From Planctomycetota bacterium (GTDB lineage Bacteria > Planctomycetota > UBA1135), in assembly GCA_029941685.1 (NCBI GenBank), contig JAPYTC010000001.1, forward strand, positions 2,381-66,380: 64,000 bases of DNA, written 5' to 3'. The notes under the pieces are model-generated. The model was not told the DNA's origin, did no database searches, and worked only from the letters and a program-made list of their open reading frames with translations. Of the stretch, positions 9,402-18,603 are shown one piece after another; position 1 is the stretch's first letter, and the number at the start of each line of letters is the position of its first letter. A program made the position numbers and the translations under genes.

Positions 9402-10424
9402 CTAAACCATCGTCGCTAAGCGACGTTGCTCAACAAGGCGCACGGCCTGCTGCAAACAATAAAGCAGTGGCCGTGCGTCTGCTTTTTGTTGACGCGCTAT
9501 ATCATAAGCCGAACCATGCATTGGGCTTATGCGCAAAACGTCCGCGCCGACAAACAAACTATTCGCCTTTTCGCGTGGCAACATTTTTAAAGGGATAAAT
9601 GCTTGGTCGTGGTACAAAGCAATAACAATGTCGTATTTCCCCTGCGCGCCCGCATCAAAAATCACATCGGGAACCAAGGGGCCAATCGTGGTTAAGCCAA
9701 ACTTCTCCTCGGCTTGATCGATGGCGGGCTGAATGATGGTCTGTTCTTCGATGCCAAAGGCACCATTCTCGCCGGCGTGTGGATTTAACGCAGCAATCGC
9801 AACTCGAGGATTTTCGATGCCTAACACTTCGCGTGCTGCAACATGTGCGATGCGAATTTGCTCAAGTAAATAGTCGACCGTTAGGGTGCTAATCGCATTG
9901 CTCAACGACATGTGTCGGGTAGCAATCCAAACTTTCAACTCGCCGGCGCAAGCCAACATGCCATAACTATCCGAATTACATGTCTCTCCAATTAGCTGGG
10001 TTTGCCCTTCGTAATCAAAGCCTGCTAAATGCATGCTTTCTTTGTTAACTGGTGGTGTAAGCATTGCCTCAGCAGCCCCGCTTAAACACAACTTAGTCGC
10101 GTGAGCCACCGCTTCAACGGCCGCCGCCCCAAATTGCGAATGCGCAACACCGATGCGTGCGGTCGGCTGTGGAGAGGTGAGCTCGAGTACCGGCAGCACC
10201 GTTGGACATTCTTCTGCGAGGGCAAATCCTGAGCTTGCTGAGTCAACAGCGCGTAATTCGATGTCGATAGCCTCGTGCTCGGCAACCTGCTGTAAATAGT
10301 TAATGTGCCCCAACACTAACGGCAAGCAGCTATCACGCGCCACTTGTTGGGCAAAGCAATGTAAAAGGACCTCAGGCGCAATGCCCCCGAGGTCTCCTTG
10401 TGTAACCACAATGCGCGGCTTCAT
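9402..10424 (-). CDS. pdxA: 4-hydroxythreonine-4-phosphate dehydrogenase
   Basis: 340 aa with LNPHAGENG, ALYHDQAFIPLK and SPMHGSAYDIA. Its stop codon abuts the glnA stop in a convergent arrangement. Confidence 0.9.
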   Translation of the reverse strand: MKPRIVVTQGDLGGIAPEVLLHCFAQQVARDSCLPLVLGHINYLQQVAEHEAIDIELRAVDSASSGFALAEECPTVLPVLELTSPQPTARIGVAHSQFGAAAVEAVAHATKLCLSGAAEAMLTPPVNKESMHLAGFDYEGQTQLIGETCNSDSYGMLACAGELKVWIATRHMSLSNAISTLTVDYLLEQIRIAHVAAREVLGIENPRVAIAALNPHAGENGAFGIEEQTIIQPAIDQAEEKFGLTTIGPLVPDVIFDAGAQGKYDIVIALYHDQAFIPLKMLPREKANSLFVGADVLRISPMHGSAYDIARQQKADARPLLYCLQQAVRLVEQRRLATMV

Positions 10425-10455
10425 TTGTTGGGTTTAGTTGTTGATGACTGCTGAG

Positions 10456-11124
10456 TTATTGTGCAGTGTAAACAATTGTAACTATTCTGCCCGCCGAAGA
10501 CAAAACTATATTGACTGGGCTTGCTTGACTGTTTTGATTAGGCAGTATTTCAATCTCAGCGTAAACAATAAACTGGCTTTGATTGATGATATTGCGCGCT
10601 GGCAAATCAACAACATTAGTGGTTATGGGTTGGCGGAACCTACCACTATTTGTTGTAATCACTACTTCGCCACCAATAAAGTCGTTGGTGACCCACTGAC
10701 TCAGATCTAGCTTTCCTTGTTCGAGGCGAGAGCGGTAAACGACAACCATGCCATTGTGCACTAAGCCTAAAATACTGTAGTCTTCTTCTGAATTTACGCC
10801 ACCGAATGGCACGCCGTCGGCGGTGATGATATCGTCAGTTAACTGACTGGTTGAGCGTAATGCAAATATTGGCAACGGCCCCATGTATGAAAAATCAACC
10901 GATGACTCCACGGCTGGGAAAAGGACGTCGAGCTCCGGGACAAATTTAATAGGCAGGCTACCGATTACTGGGTTGTCGCCATGGTCGCTATCGAAAGAAG
11001 TATCAGTACTATTACCACCTTGGGTATGCGCTTGTGGTGCGAATACCAAGGCTACCGCTGAGCAAGCTACGGCTAATAGCAGCAGCTTAGACGGGCCAGC
11101 GAGTTTGGGTTGAGGTGAATTCAT
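10456..11124 (-). CDS. hypothetical secreted protein (third gene of ECF module 1)
   Basis: 222 aa with the signal peptide LLLLAVACSAVALVFAPQAHTQ. Its start overlaps the upstream stop (TAATG at 11122-11126). Confidence 0.6.
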   Translation of the reverse strand: MNSPQPKLAGPSKLLLLAVACSAVALVFAPQAHTQGGNSTDTSFDSDHGDNPVIGSLPIKFVPELDVLFPAVESSVDFSYMGPLPIFALRSTSQLTDDIITADGVPFGGVNSEEDYSILGLVHNGMVVVYRSRLEQGKLDLSQWVTNDFIGGEVVITTNSGRFRQPITTNVVDLPARNIINQSQFIVYAEIEILPNQNSQASPVNIVLSSAGRIVTIVYTAQ

Positions 11125-12014
11125 TAGTTTTGTTCTAAGATTTCAAGTGAGCGTTCCCATCCGTCGAAATCATATTGACGATATAGGTCGAGAGCGTTTT
11201 GTGCATAACGCTCGTTGTTGAGTTTTTGATGCTGCACAGCAATGTTGTGAAAGACGAAGCCAAATGTTTTATCTAGCTGTAGTACTCCGCTTGCGACCAC
11301 CCAACGGTAGTAGCGCAATGCGGTTTTGTGGTTCTTGCGTAAGTTGAAAACCATTGCTATTTGCATTGCTGCATGCACGCGCATTATCAAACGGTCTGAA
11401 CCTTTAAACACTTTTTCAAAATGCGTGAATGCTTGTTCGAAATTTTCAAGGTGCACAAAGGTTTGCCCCAAGTAAAGATTGGCTTCGGAGTAATTCGGCT
11501 TGAGATCGAGACACTGTTCGAGCAAACTTTTGGCTTTGGCTAAAGCGTGCTTCTTGCCGGTAGGCAATTCGATTTGGTGACACTTGTCGGTGCCGGAAAG
11601 TTGTGCCTCGGACAGCGCGGCAGAGGCCTCTGCGTCAACGAATTCATCGATGTCTACTGGGGCATCTGAAACGGAGAGTAAATAGCTATCTTCAGTCGCT
11701 GCAATCAAAGTGTAGGCTTTACCCAATTGGTAAAGGGCGCGAGCTAAGCGACGCACTACTTCGGAATCATCGTAGTCGCTAAAAAACTCTTTGGCTGCAT
11801 CAGCGGAACATTTTGACACATTAAATTGATGTGCATCAAGCTCAGTGTGCGCTAAAGCCTGCAGGCGAATTGCTCCAAAAAACTCGGTGCAATCATGGCA
11901 GCCTTCGAGGTGCAACATTGCAGAGGTAGCCTCGTTGTCGTTGACTGCGGAATCAAGCATGGCACTAAGCAGTGACTGGAAATCGGAGCAGGTCAGAGTT
12001 AGGTGTTTAGACAC
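11124..12014 (-). CDS. putative soluble zinc-binding anti-sigma factor (HxxxCxxC) with TPR-like C-terminal domain
   Basis: The ORF extends to 12095, but a GTG at 12014 is preceded by AAAAAGGGGG (an RBS) and overlaps the sigma stop by 8 nt. It carries C-x(n)-HLEGCHDC, helical-repeat text (SEANLYLGQTFVHLENFEQAFTHFEKV) and no TM helix. Confidence 0.6.
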   Translation of the reverse strand: MSKHLTLTCSDFQSLLSAMLDSAVNDNEATSAMLHLEGCHDCTEFFGAIRLQALAHTELDAHQFNVSKCSADAAKEFFSDYDDSEVVRRLARALYQLGKAYTLIAATEDSYLLSVSDAPVDIDEFVDAEASAALSEAQLSGTDKCHQIELPTGKKHALAKAKSLLEQCLDLKPNYSEANLYLGQTFVHLENFEQAFTHFEKVFKGSDRLIMRVHAAMQIAMVFNLRKNHKTALRYYRWVVASGVLQLDKTFGFVFHNIAVQHQKLNNERYAQNALDLYRQYDFDGWERSLEILEQN

Positions 12015-12846
12015 GTGACCCCCTTTTTGCTTGACCGATAAACAAACCACGACTCGCCTTCGGTGATTTCTTGGACTGCCCCACGTCACCACCATTGAAG
12101 TTGTTCCTCATGATGTTGTAAATTTTACGACGAGCGCGGAAGATGCGCATTTTTAGATTCTCGACCCGCAACTCAAGCACTTCGGCGGCCTCGCGGTATG
12201 CCATACTGTCAACCTCGACCAAGTGCAAAACGCGCTTCTCTTGTGGCGAAAGTGTTTTGAATGCCTGCAAGTAAAAATGCAAGTACAGCATCCATGACTG
12301 GGAAAGGTTTTCGAAGTCTTCTTTCTCGGCTGAACAGTCGTGCGGGTTCACAACTGACAAATCTTCAAGCTCGAGCGGTGACTCAACACCGTCGCTTTGA
12401 CGATTAATTAAAGAGACCGCTTGATCACGTTGCGCACGCCGACTAATCTTCAGCGAAGTATTACGGGCAATAGAATGCACCCAGTTTTTGAACGCTGAGG
12501 CTTTAGTAGAATCGAAATTCTTTGGGTACTTGTAGATATTGACGAATACCTCTTGCGTCACGTCATAAGCATCTATCGGGAAAAAGCTTCGACTCAGATG
12601 AAAACGCACCAAATTAAGCACGGTTTCTTGAGCAAATTCGTAGAGTAAAGCAAAGGCTTCTTGCGACTGATCTGTGGCGTAAAGGCCCATTAAATCGGTG
12701 CATAAACGGTCTTTTTCTGGCCCCGATAAACCCTCTAAGTTTTGGCTAGCAAACAAGATGCGCTCGTGCCCGAATTCAGCACCTAAACCCTCAAGACGGC
12801 CTGCATTACAAGCTAATCGGTAAGCTATTGAGGAAGAAAAAGACAT
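12007..12846 (-). CDS. ECF-type RNA polymerase sigma factor with N-terminal extension
   Basis: 279 aa. Region 2 is DVTQEVFVNIYKY...FKNWVHSIARNTSLKISRR. Region 4 is LSPQEKRVLHLVEVDSMAYREAAEVLELRVENLKMRIFRARRKI. About 55 extra N-terminal residues precede region 2. Confidence 0.8.
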   Translation of the reverse strand: MSFSSSIAYRLACNAGRLEGLGAEFGHERILFASQNLEGLSGPEKDRLCTDLMGLYATDQSQEAFALLYEFAQETVLNLVRFHLSRSFFPIDAYDVTQEVFVNIYKYPKNFDSTKASAFKNWVHSIARNTSLKISRRAQRDQAVSLINRQSDGVESPLELEDLSVVNPHDCSAEKEDFENLSQSWMLYLHFYLQAFKTLSPQEKRVLHLVEVDSMAYREAAEVLELRVENLKMRIFRARRKIYNIMRNNFNGGDVGQSKKSPKASRGLFIGQAKRGSRV

Positions 12847-12907
12847 CTGGTGGTTTTGCTAGTTGTGTATATATCAAAGGTAACCAATTATTCGATTAAA
12901 TGTAGCC

Positions 12908-12948
12908 AAAAATAGTGAAATGTGGCCACCGCGTTCGTGGTGGCCACA
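12908..12948 (-). terminator. putative Rho-independent terminator after the 1020-aa gene
   Basis: The minus strand reads TGTGGCCACC-acgaacgc-GGTGGCCACA, a 10-bp stem with an 8-nt loop at 12921-12948. It starts 6 nt after the stop and is followed by TTTCACTATTTTT. Confidence 0.55.
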
Positions 12949-12954
12949 CCCCTT

Positions 12955-15900
12955 TTATGAGTCGATTGTAAGCCGTGTCTGCGATCCCCAGGGGATTAGC
13001 ACCTCTTTAGACCACACGACGGAACCATCTTCACGGTAGCCCTTGATTATTGCCGACCCTATCGGGACCGCCGCCAGTGACCATTGGTTATTACCGGCAG
13101 GACTGAGCATATGGCGCAAATCTCGAGCGAAGCGAAAGTCGGTTGTGGTCGGCTCGTAACTTACCATCGCAATGCCTTCGGCTGCCGCAATAATGGTGTC
13201 AACGTTTGAAGCCCGAGGCAATATCAAGCGACCGGTGTTTTTCGGAGTAGCGAGCAAAGCTATGTGCCCGGGTGCGCTAACTACAAATTCGCTCATCGCC
13301 AACGAGGACGGCATCGACACCTCACCGAAAGCATTGCTCCGTAATCCACCATATCCCTGTTGTGAACAAACCACCCCAGCTAATGGCTTGCCATCACTGC
13401 TTGAGATATTCCAGACGAAATTATCTTCTGCAGAAACTGTCGCCAGAGTGCCACTTGGTGTTTGCAGTACTGACCAACGTTGCGAAAATCCGCCTGGCAA
13501 CATTGCGATTAACTCTAGGTTTAAGCTGGGGCTATGCTCAACGATAATTTCTCCATTGGCGTCAGTGGTGGCGGTACCCGGCAAAAATGTGCCGCTTAAT
13601 TCAAATTTAACAACCATGCCGCCAAGCGATTTTTGTTGCGCGTCTAAAAAAGTGTAGCGCTTTGTTTCGCCATTACGCTGCAACTCCGCTTCTGTTTCTC
13701 CGGCCAACACTTGGGCGGCGTACCACCAAGCTTTCCCGGATGTCGCAGCACCGGCACCAACCCACGTATTGTGCCTCGGAGAAGAAACTTGAAAGTAACC
13801 TTCGGACGACACTTCGTTATAACTCACAATGCCATTGTCCAGGCAGAACCCGCGTGGGCGCGGCAATCCCCAAGGTGAGAATTTTACGATTAAATAATCG
13901 CCGCTCGCCATTTGCAACTCAATCGGGCCAACGTTGTCGCCCTCAACTAAGTTAAGATTTTGGATTATCGTCGAGCCGGCTCGTCCTAACGACAAACCTG
14001 GCACCACCATCAGCCGCGCATTACCAGCGGGCAATTCGGTTATCACAAAGCTGCCGTCATCATCTGTTGTTACTGAACCTAGTGGCGAGCCATACATGGT
14101 TGTAACGAGTACATCTACGCCACGCCATGGGGTGCCGTCTTCGTTTAACAGAATACCGTAAACGGTAGCAGTGTTTGCAAGCACTATTTCGCCAAGGTTT
14201 AGGTCAGCTTCACTAATTTGGATGTCGGGGAAAGTTGTTATCACCTCACCGGCCTTAACTGCCAAGTTGTAGACGCCCGGCATGAGATTAACCTCAACGC
14301 TGTCACTTGCCCCCTTTTGTGAGAACACCGTAAAGCCGCTAGAACTTGTGAGCTTTATCGAAGCGTTAACCCCTTTTGGCAATTCAAAGCGCAGCTTCGC
14401 CGAAGTGTAATCAAGCTGCAGTAAATTGTCACCGCGTTCTTCTAACACCACGTTGAAACTCTGTTTTACCTTCTTTGGCCATATGACTTCTAAAGTCCCG
14501 GCACCAGCTGGCAGCAATGGCATTTCATCTTTTTGTAACCAGCGTGCGGCGTAATTCGCGTTAGAGTTTCGGGAGACGAACATATAAGCGAGTGGCTGAA
14601 TATCTTGTGGCGCGTTACTCCATTTTATTTCGGCAATGCGTGCCAATTGGTCAACTATGATTTCTTGATCCCCTCCTGGTTTTAGCTCAATCCGTGGGCG
14701 TACCTGCAATCCTTCAAACATTAGATTCAAGAAGTATGTCAGGTTTGGGTCGAACGCCTTTTGGCAATCAATTGTTCCGTCTTCTTTTGTCTCATATTGG
14801 TAAGCAACCCAGTCATGTTCTTTTTTCAAAAACCCAACTCCAACCCATGACATTGGCTCACCCCAAGAGGTAATGAAGGTATACTTTCCGCCTACACCGT
14901 CGGGGACGCGAAAATCAACCTCGTAAGACTCGCCCATTTCCGGAAACGATAACGCGTACACCTGAGAGACTTTGTCAGCGGCATAAGTTAGAACCTCAAC
15001 ATTAGACGCCGTGGCTGTCAGCGAATGCATTGCGTAATAACCACTCGCGTCAGTTGCAACTGATTGAATATTGCGATCGGGTGCTCCAAATCCTAAGTAG
15101 GCGCCAACTCCTATATCTGCTAATGGATTACCTGCCATGTCGTAAACATGTCCGCTTACCGTGAATGTTTGAGTTAAAGTGAACTCTACGGTTTGTCCAG
15201 GCACTACAGCATATTTTTGTGCTGAGGAATATTCACCGTTCCCTTCAACAACAAGGTGATTTAATTGCTCGACACTCTTAAACACAATCTCTCCATTCGA
15301 GTCGGTTAGGCCATTATTGGCCAACGTCTTTGCCTTCACCTGGTCTTCGAAAGTGCCGTTACCACTAACGGTGGCGCCGCGCACTCCATAACGTGAAACA
15401 AACACGTCGGCAATCGGCGAGCCATCAGTAGCGCTAATTTTCACAGTTACTGGTGAAGCATCAAACAACTCTATTGAAATGGTTTTGCTATCAATATCAT
15501 TCAACTTAACGAACTTCGTTTCGGAAAGATAGCCTTCTGCCTCAACCAACAATATCATTCTTCCAATGCCGGGTGTTGCCCAGTTTTCAGAGAGGTTTAT
15601 TATTTTACTTTCACTGTAGTAGTCGAAGATCGCCCAGTTCCCCCACATCGCGTCGCCCGCAGTACCCGTTTCAAAGAAGTGTTTCTCTAACTCAGAGCTG
15701 TGTTCAATGGCTGTGATGTGTGCATCGATTAACTCGCCTTGCAAATTGGTTATTTTTATTTGTCGAGGCAGCTGATCAATTGTGCTGCGTAATAACAGGC
15801 CGCTGTTATTCTCTGTTGCGTTGTCTAATACGCTGTTTAGCGTTGCTTCGGCAACGGCTTCGTCGTCGACAGCATTAGCGTTGACGTCAGTGTGTTGTTT

Positions 15901-16017
15901 TATAGTTTGATTGTTCATTTCAAGGGGCGTTGTGCTAGAACCAAAATCGGTAAAGAGAAACCAGGCCACTACTAAAGCAATAAAGCCTGTGATTGCAAAA
16001 AAAGTTGTTTTGGGCAT
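12955..16017 (-). CDS. large membrane-anchored/secreted protein with multiple carboxypeptidase-regulatory-like beta-sandwich repeats
   Basis: 1020 aa with the N-terminal anchor FFAITGFIALVVAWFLF. Repeat signatures include VSGHVYDMAGNPLADIGVG..ATDASGYYAM, VYGILLNEDGTPWRGVDVLV..TTDDDGSFVITELPAGN, TTDANGEIIV and SSSDGKPLAGVVC. Confidence 0.75.
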   Translation of the reverse strand: MPKTTFFAITGFIALVVAWFLFTDFGSSTTPLEMNNQTIKQHTDVNANAVDDEAVAEATLNSVLDNATENNSGLLLRSTIDQLPRQIKITNLQGELIDAHITAIEHSSELEKHFFETGTAGDAMWGNWAIFDYYSESKIINLSENWATPGIGRMILLVEAEGYLSETKFVKLNDIDSKTISIELFDASPVTVKISATDGSPIADVFVSRYGVRGATVSGNGTFEDQVKAKTLANNGLTDSNGEIVFKSVEQLNHLVVEGNGEYSSAQKYAVVPGQTVEFTLTQTFTVSGHVYDMAGNPLADIGVGAYLGFGAPDRNIQSVATDASGYYAMHSLTATASNVEVLTYAADKVSQVYALSFPEMGESYEVDFRVPDGVGGKYTFITSWGEPMSWVGVGFLKKEHDWVAYQYETKEDGTIDCQKAFDPNLTYFLNLMFEGLQVRPRIELKPGGDQEIIVDQLARIAEIKWSNAPQDIQPLAYMFVSRNSNANYAARWLQKDEMPLLPAGAGTLEVIWPKKVKQSFNVVLEERGDNLLQLDYTSAKLRFELPKGVNASIKLTSSSGFTVFSQKGASDSVEVNLMPGVYNLAVKAGEVITTFPDIQISEADLNLGEIVLANTATVYGILLNEDGTPWRGVDVLVTTMYGSPLGSVTTDDDGSFVITELPAGNARLMVVPGLSLGRAGSTIIQNLNLVEGDNVGPIELQMASGDYLIVKFSPWGLPRPRGFCLDNGIVSYNEVSSEGYFQVSSPRHNTWVGAGAATSGKAWWYAAQVLAGETEAELQRNGETKRYTFLDAQQKSLGGMVVKFELSGTFLPGTATTDANGEIIVEHSPSLNLELIAMLPGGFSQRWSVLQTPSGTLATVSAEDNFVWNISSSDGKPLAGVVCSQQGYGGLRSNAFGEVSMPSSLAMSEFVVSAPGHIALLATPKNTGRLILPRASNVDTIIAAAEGIAMVSYEPTTTDFRFARDLRHMLSPAGNNQWSLAAVPIGSAIIKGYREDGSVVWSKEVLIPWGSQTRLTIDS

Positions 16018-16021
16018 TGTG

Positions 16022-16255
16022 TTATGGGTGTTGCAATATCGTTGTAGTAAACATATTTAACCTATTTCTTCTGCGTCCCAAGATTAGGTCACCGCCGCGC
16101 GACATACCAAAGGGAAATGGTGGGCGAATACCTCCGCCGTCGCCACCCTGAGCTGCAACCGCTTGCGGAGCAAAACTACTGTCGGAAATAATTGGTGGAG
16201 CAAAAAAAGCTACTGCCACAACTACAATAAGTAAAAGTTTCAGGTAATTATTCAT
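16022..16255 (-). CDS. small hypothetical secreted/anchored Gly-rich protein
   Basis: 77 aa with the signal anchor LKLLLIVVVAVAFFAPP, then AAQGGDGGGIRPPFPFGMSRGGD and a basic tail. It is packed 2 nt after the upstream stop and 4 nt before the 1020-aa gene. Confidence 0.5.
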   Translation of the reverse strand: MNNYLKLLLIVVVAVAFFAPPIISDSSFAPQAVAAQGGDGGGIRPPFPFGMSRGGDLILGRRRNRLNMFTTTILQHP

Positions 16256-16257
16256 GA

Positions 16258-16968
16258 TTAAATTGTGATTAGTGTGGAGGGTGATTGTTTGTTAGTTTTG
16301 TTCATCGCTTCTTCAATCTCATAGAAACGAGAATCTGTTTTCAAAATGTCTAAAGAAATCTCCGGCCATGCTTCGTGCATCAAAACCGACGACTCAAGTA
16401 GTCCCATTGCGTGAGAAATTTTTGGCCAGTGTTCGCAAAGCGTTAGCCCGGCTTTGACCTTGTCGCCGGCCGTCCACTGCGCCAAAGCAAGGTGACGAAT
16501 TAATCGCCAGTAGTGTTGTGAGGCCTGATGCCGCTTTATGATGCGCTCTAGGCGCTCGACCGCAAGATTTGGCCGACTGTTGATTAGGTCAGATGACGCG
16601 GACGTAATCGCTATCTGTGGATTGTCACCGATGAGCATGGTGGCTAAATCACATAGATGGTTGCCACTTAGTTGTTGGATATTCTCAGAATAATATGCGT
16701 CGTCTAATAATTTCGATGTGAGCTCATTTAGTATTACGCGGAGCTCTTCTATTTCACCCCATAGGTCTAGCGGGCTATGCGGCACCAACATGTGGTCTGG
16801 TCGATATAGGCCGCTGCTGTCTTCAAGCAATCCAACCCATACTGCAGCTTTGTGCAATTTTTGCGCTAGTTGGGCGACAAGCTCGTCCGCGTAAGTGCCG
16901 CACAATAAATTCAAATCGTGTTTGCTAAAGCTATCGATCATTTGCTCTTCTCCAGCCATAAGGGGCAA
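16258..16968 (-). CDS. hypothetical soluble helical protein (candidate partner/anti-sigma of the upstream sigma-like protein)
   Basis: 236-aa ORF overlapping the upstream gene by 38 nt. An alternative ATG lies at 16941. No TM helix and no recognised motif. Confidence 0.55.
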   Translation of the reverse strand: MPLMAGEEQMIDSFSKHDLNLLCGTYADELVAQLAQKLHKAAVWVGLLEDSSGLYRPDHMLVPHSPLDLWGEIEELRVILNELTSKLLDDAYYSENIQQLSGNHLCDLATMLIGDNPQIAITSASSDLINSRPNLAVERLERIIKRHQASQHYWRLIRHLALAQWTAGDKVKAGLTLCEHWPKISHAMGLLESSVLMHEAWPEISLDILKTDSRFYEIEEAMNKTNKQSPSTLITI

Positions 16969-17545
16969 TGCTATCGTTGGCTCCTACCGCATCCCACAGT
17001 TTGGGTATTTGACAATGAATCTCAGAAGGAGAAACTCCAACCGCCCGAGAAACTTCCTTGAGCTGTCCACTTTCCACGATGTATAAATAAAAGATTTCTC
17101 GCTGACGCTTGGTCAGCCCATTAAATCTCTGCTGTATCTCAAGCGGTGCTTCACCAGGACACCCCTGAAATTTTGCACCGTACTCTATTATTTTATTGGC
17201 TCTAGAAAGGGCGAGTGACTCGACCCACAGGTGGAACACACAATTTGCCGGCGGAAGCTGATGTCGATTTAGGAGTAATATAAATAAATACGAAACAATC
17301 GATTCGACAGAGATTAACAAATAATTATCTGTGCTTACATTGCCTATGCTGTGCTCGAGCCATGGCTGTAGGCGCTCGAATAGTTCTCCAAAATATTTCA
17401 AGCGCTCAGTTGGCTTTTGTTGCTGTGCAGATAAAAAGTGTGCGCATAACTCACTCCACTCGGTCGCCAACTGGCGGTCTAATTCGGTAATTACTTTTTC
17501 AGGAATATTGTTATGCATAGCTGAATATGTGGATGTACAACTCAT
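16931..17545 (-). CDS. divergent ECF-like sigma factor
   Basis: 204 aa. The region-4 HTH is LTKRQREIFYLYIVESGQLKEVSRAVGVSPSEI. A region 2.3/2.4-like segment reads FHLWVESLALSRANKIIEY. The rest is poorly conserved. Confidence 0.55.
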   Translation of the reverse strand: MSCTSTYSAMHNNIPEKVITELDRQLATEWSELCAHFLSAQQQKPTERLKYFGELFERLQPWLEHSIGNVSTDNYLLISVESIVSYLFILLLNRHQLPPANCVFHLWVESLALSRANKIIEYGAKFQGCPGEAPLEIQQRFNGLTKRQREIFYLYIVESGQLKEVSRAVGVSPSEIHCQIPKLWDAVGANDSIAPYGWRRANDR

Positions 17546-17575
17546 TGCTCACATCTACGATATAACTAAATTTGG

Positions 17576-17604
17576 ATTTAAGGTATCTCTTTCCCTATTG
17601 TCAA
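17576..17604 (-). promoter_or_regulatory. candidate sigma-70 promoter of the four-gene operon
   Basis: The minus strand reads TTGACA (17604-17599), a 17-nt spacer, then TTAAAT (17581-17576). A second TTGACA lies 11 bp further upstream. The promoter is about 30 nt upstream of the ATG at 17545. Confidence 0.35.
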
Positions 17605-17784
17605 GACCTTGTCAACTCATGTTCAATGTTGCGACTTTCTAAAAATCTCGGACGGCAACGGTGAGAGTGCATAATCGCGTCTACAAAACGAAAGTTATCC
17701 ACAGAGCGAGATTAAGCACTGTCTACATTCCGCGCCAATATTTTCAACGGGTTTGATGAAGCATCGCCCTAGGCAATGACTTAA

Positions 17785-18603
17785 CTAAGCAATAAACGAC
17801 ACGTCTGTGCCACGCTCAATGTCGTCAAATTGGTGCAACGGATCGAACTGCTCTGTCGCTAGTCGCTGCGCCTGCTCTGCCATTTGTTTGCGATCGGCAT
17901 GCGGCACAGTTTGCTCAAGAAATTTAACGCGCGCTAATTTGTTGTCAAAAGTTAGCATCTGATAAAAGTGTCGCACAAAACTCATCTCACCCCACCACGC
18001 CATATCATTTTCTGCGCTATTGTATTTTGAGTTAGTAGCATAATGCAATACTGCAAGATGCACAGGCAGCTCTGATTGGGCAGCCACCTGAAACATATTC
18101 GACTTATATTGACGAATCTCGCCCCCGGAAGAAGACGCGCCTTCTGGGAAAAACATCACGCCATTGCCCTCGTCCACCTTATCGGTAATGCCTTTAATGG
18201 CCTCAACCACACCATGGCGCTGCGTGCGATTAATAAACACGGTGCCAGCAGCACGGATCAATGGCCCCATTACTGGCCACTTAACCAACTCTGATTTTCC
18301 CAAAAAGAAGCCGTCGAGCTGAGACCATAGTATGATCACATCTAAATAACTAAGATGGTTACAAGCTAACAAGTATGGCGCTGACGGCTTAGGGCCTTCA
18401 CTCTCTACTTTAACCCCCATTATCGCTAGGGTAACACGCGCCCAAACGCCAAGTTGATGCAATAATAATTTGTCGGCCGCGCGCGAAGAAAAAATTCTTA
18501 CTAGCGGCGGCAGTATCCAACTCACAACAAGCATTGCCAATACGCAAAGCCCGATTACCAAACGAATAATCGCACGTGTATGAGCAAGAACCAAATGCAG
18601 CAT
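17785..18603 (-). CDS. lysophospholipid (1-acyl-sn-glycerol-3-phosphate) acyltransferase family protein
   Basis: 272 aa with the HX4D motif ACNHLSYLDV and FFPEGASSSGG. It has an N-terminal TM helix. Its start overlaps the purF stop (TAATG). Confidence 0.85.
   Translation of the reverse strand: MLHLVLAHTRAIIRLVIGLCVLAMLVVSWILPPLVRIFSSRAADKLLLHQLGVWARVTLAIMGVKVESEGPKPSAPYLLACNHLSYLDVIILWSQLDGFFLGKSELVKWPVMGPLIRAAGTVFINRTQRHGVVEAIKGITDKVDEGNGVMFFPEGASSSGGEIRQYKSNMFQVAAQSELPVHLAVLHYATNSKYNSAENDMAWWGEMSFVRHFYQMLTFDNKLARVKFLEQTVPHADRKQMAEQAQRLATEQFDPLHQFDDIERGTDVSFIA

Noticed and set aside
9411-9425. A short GC hairpin CGTCGC-taa-GCGACG just past the glnA stop, inside the pdxA 3' end.
   Set aside because: The stem is only 6 bp with no flanking U-tract. 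It could help terminate convergent transcription, but the evidence is too weak to call a terminator.
17695-17703. A perfect DnaA box TTATCCACA in the plsC / sigma-like intergenic region.
   Set aside because: It is isolated, with no neighbouring boxes or AT-rich unwinding element. A perfect 9-mer is expected about 0.5 times by chance in 64 kb on both strands (2 x 64000 / 4^9).
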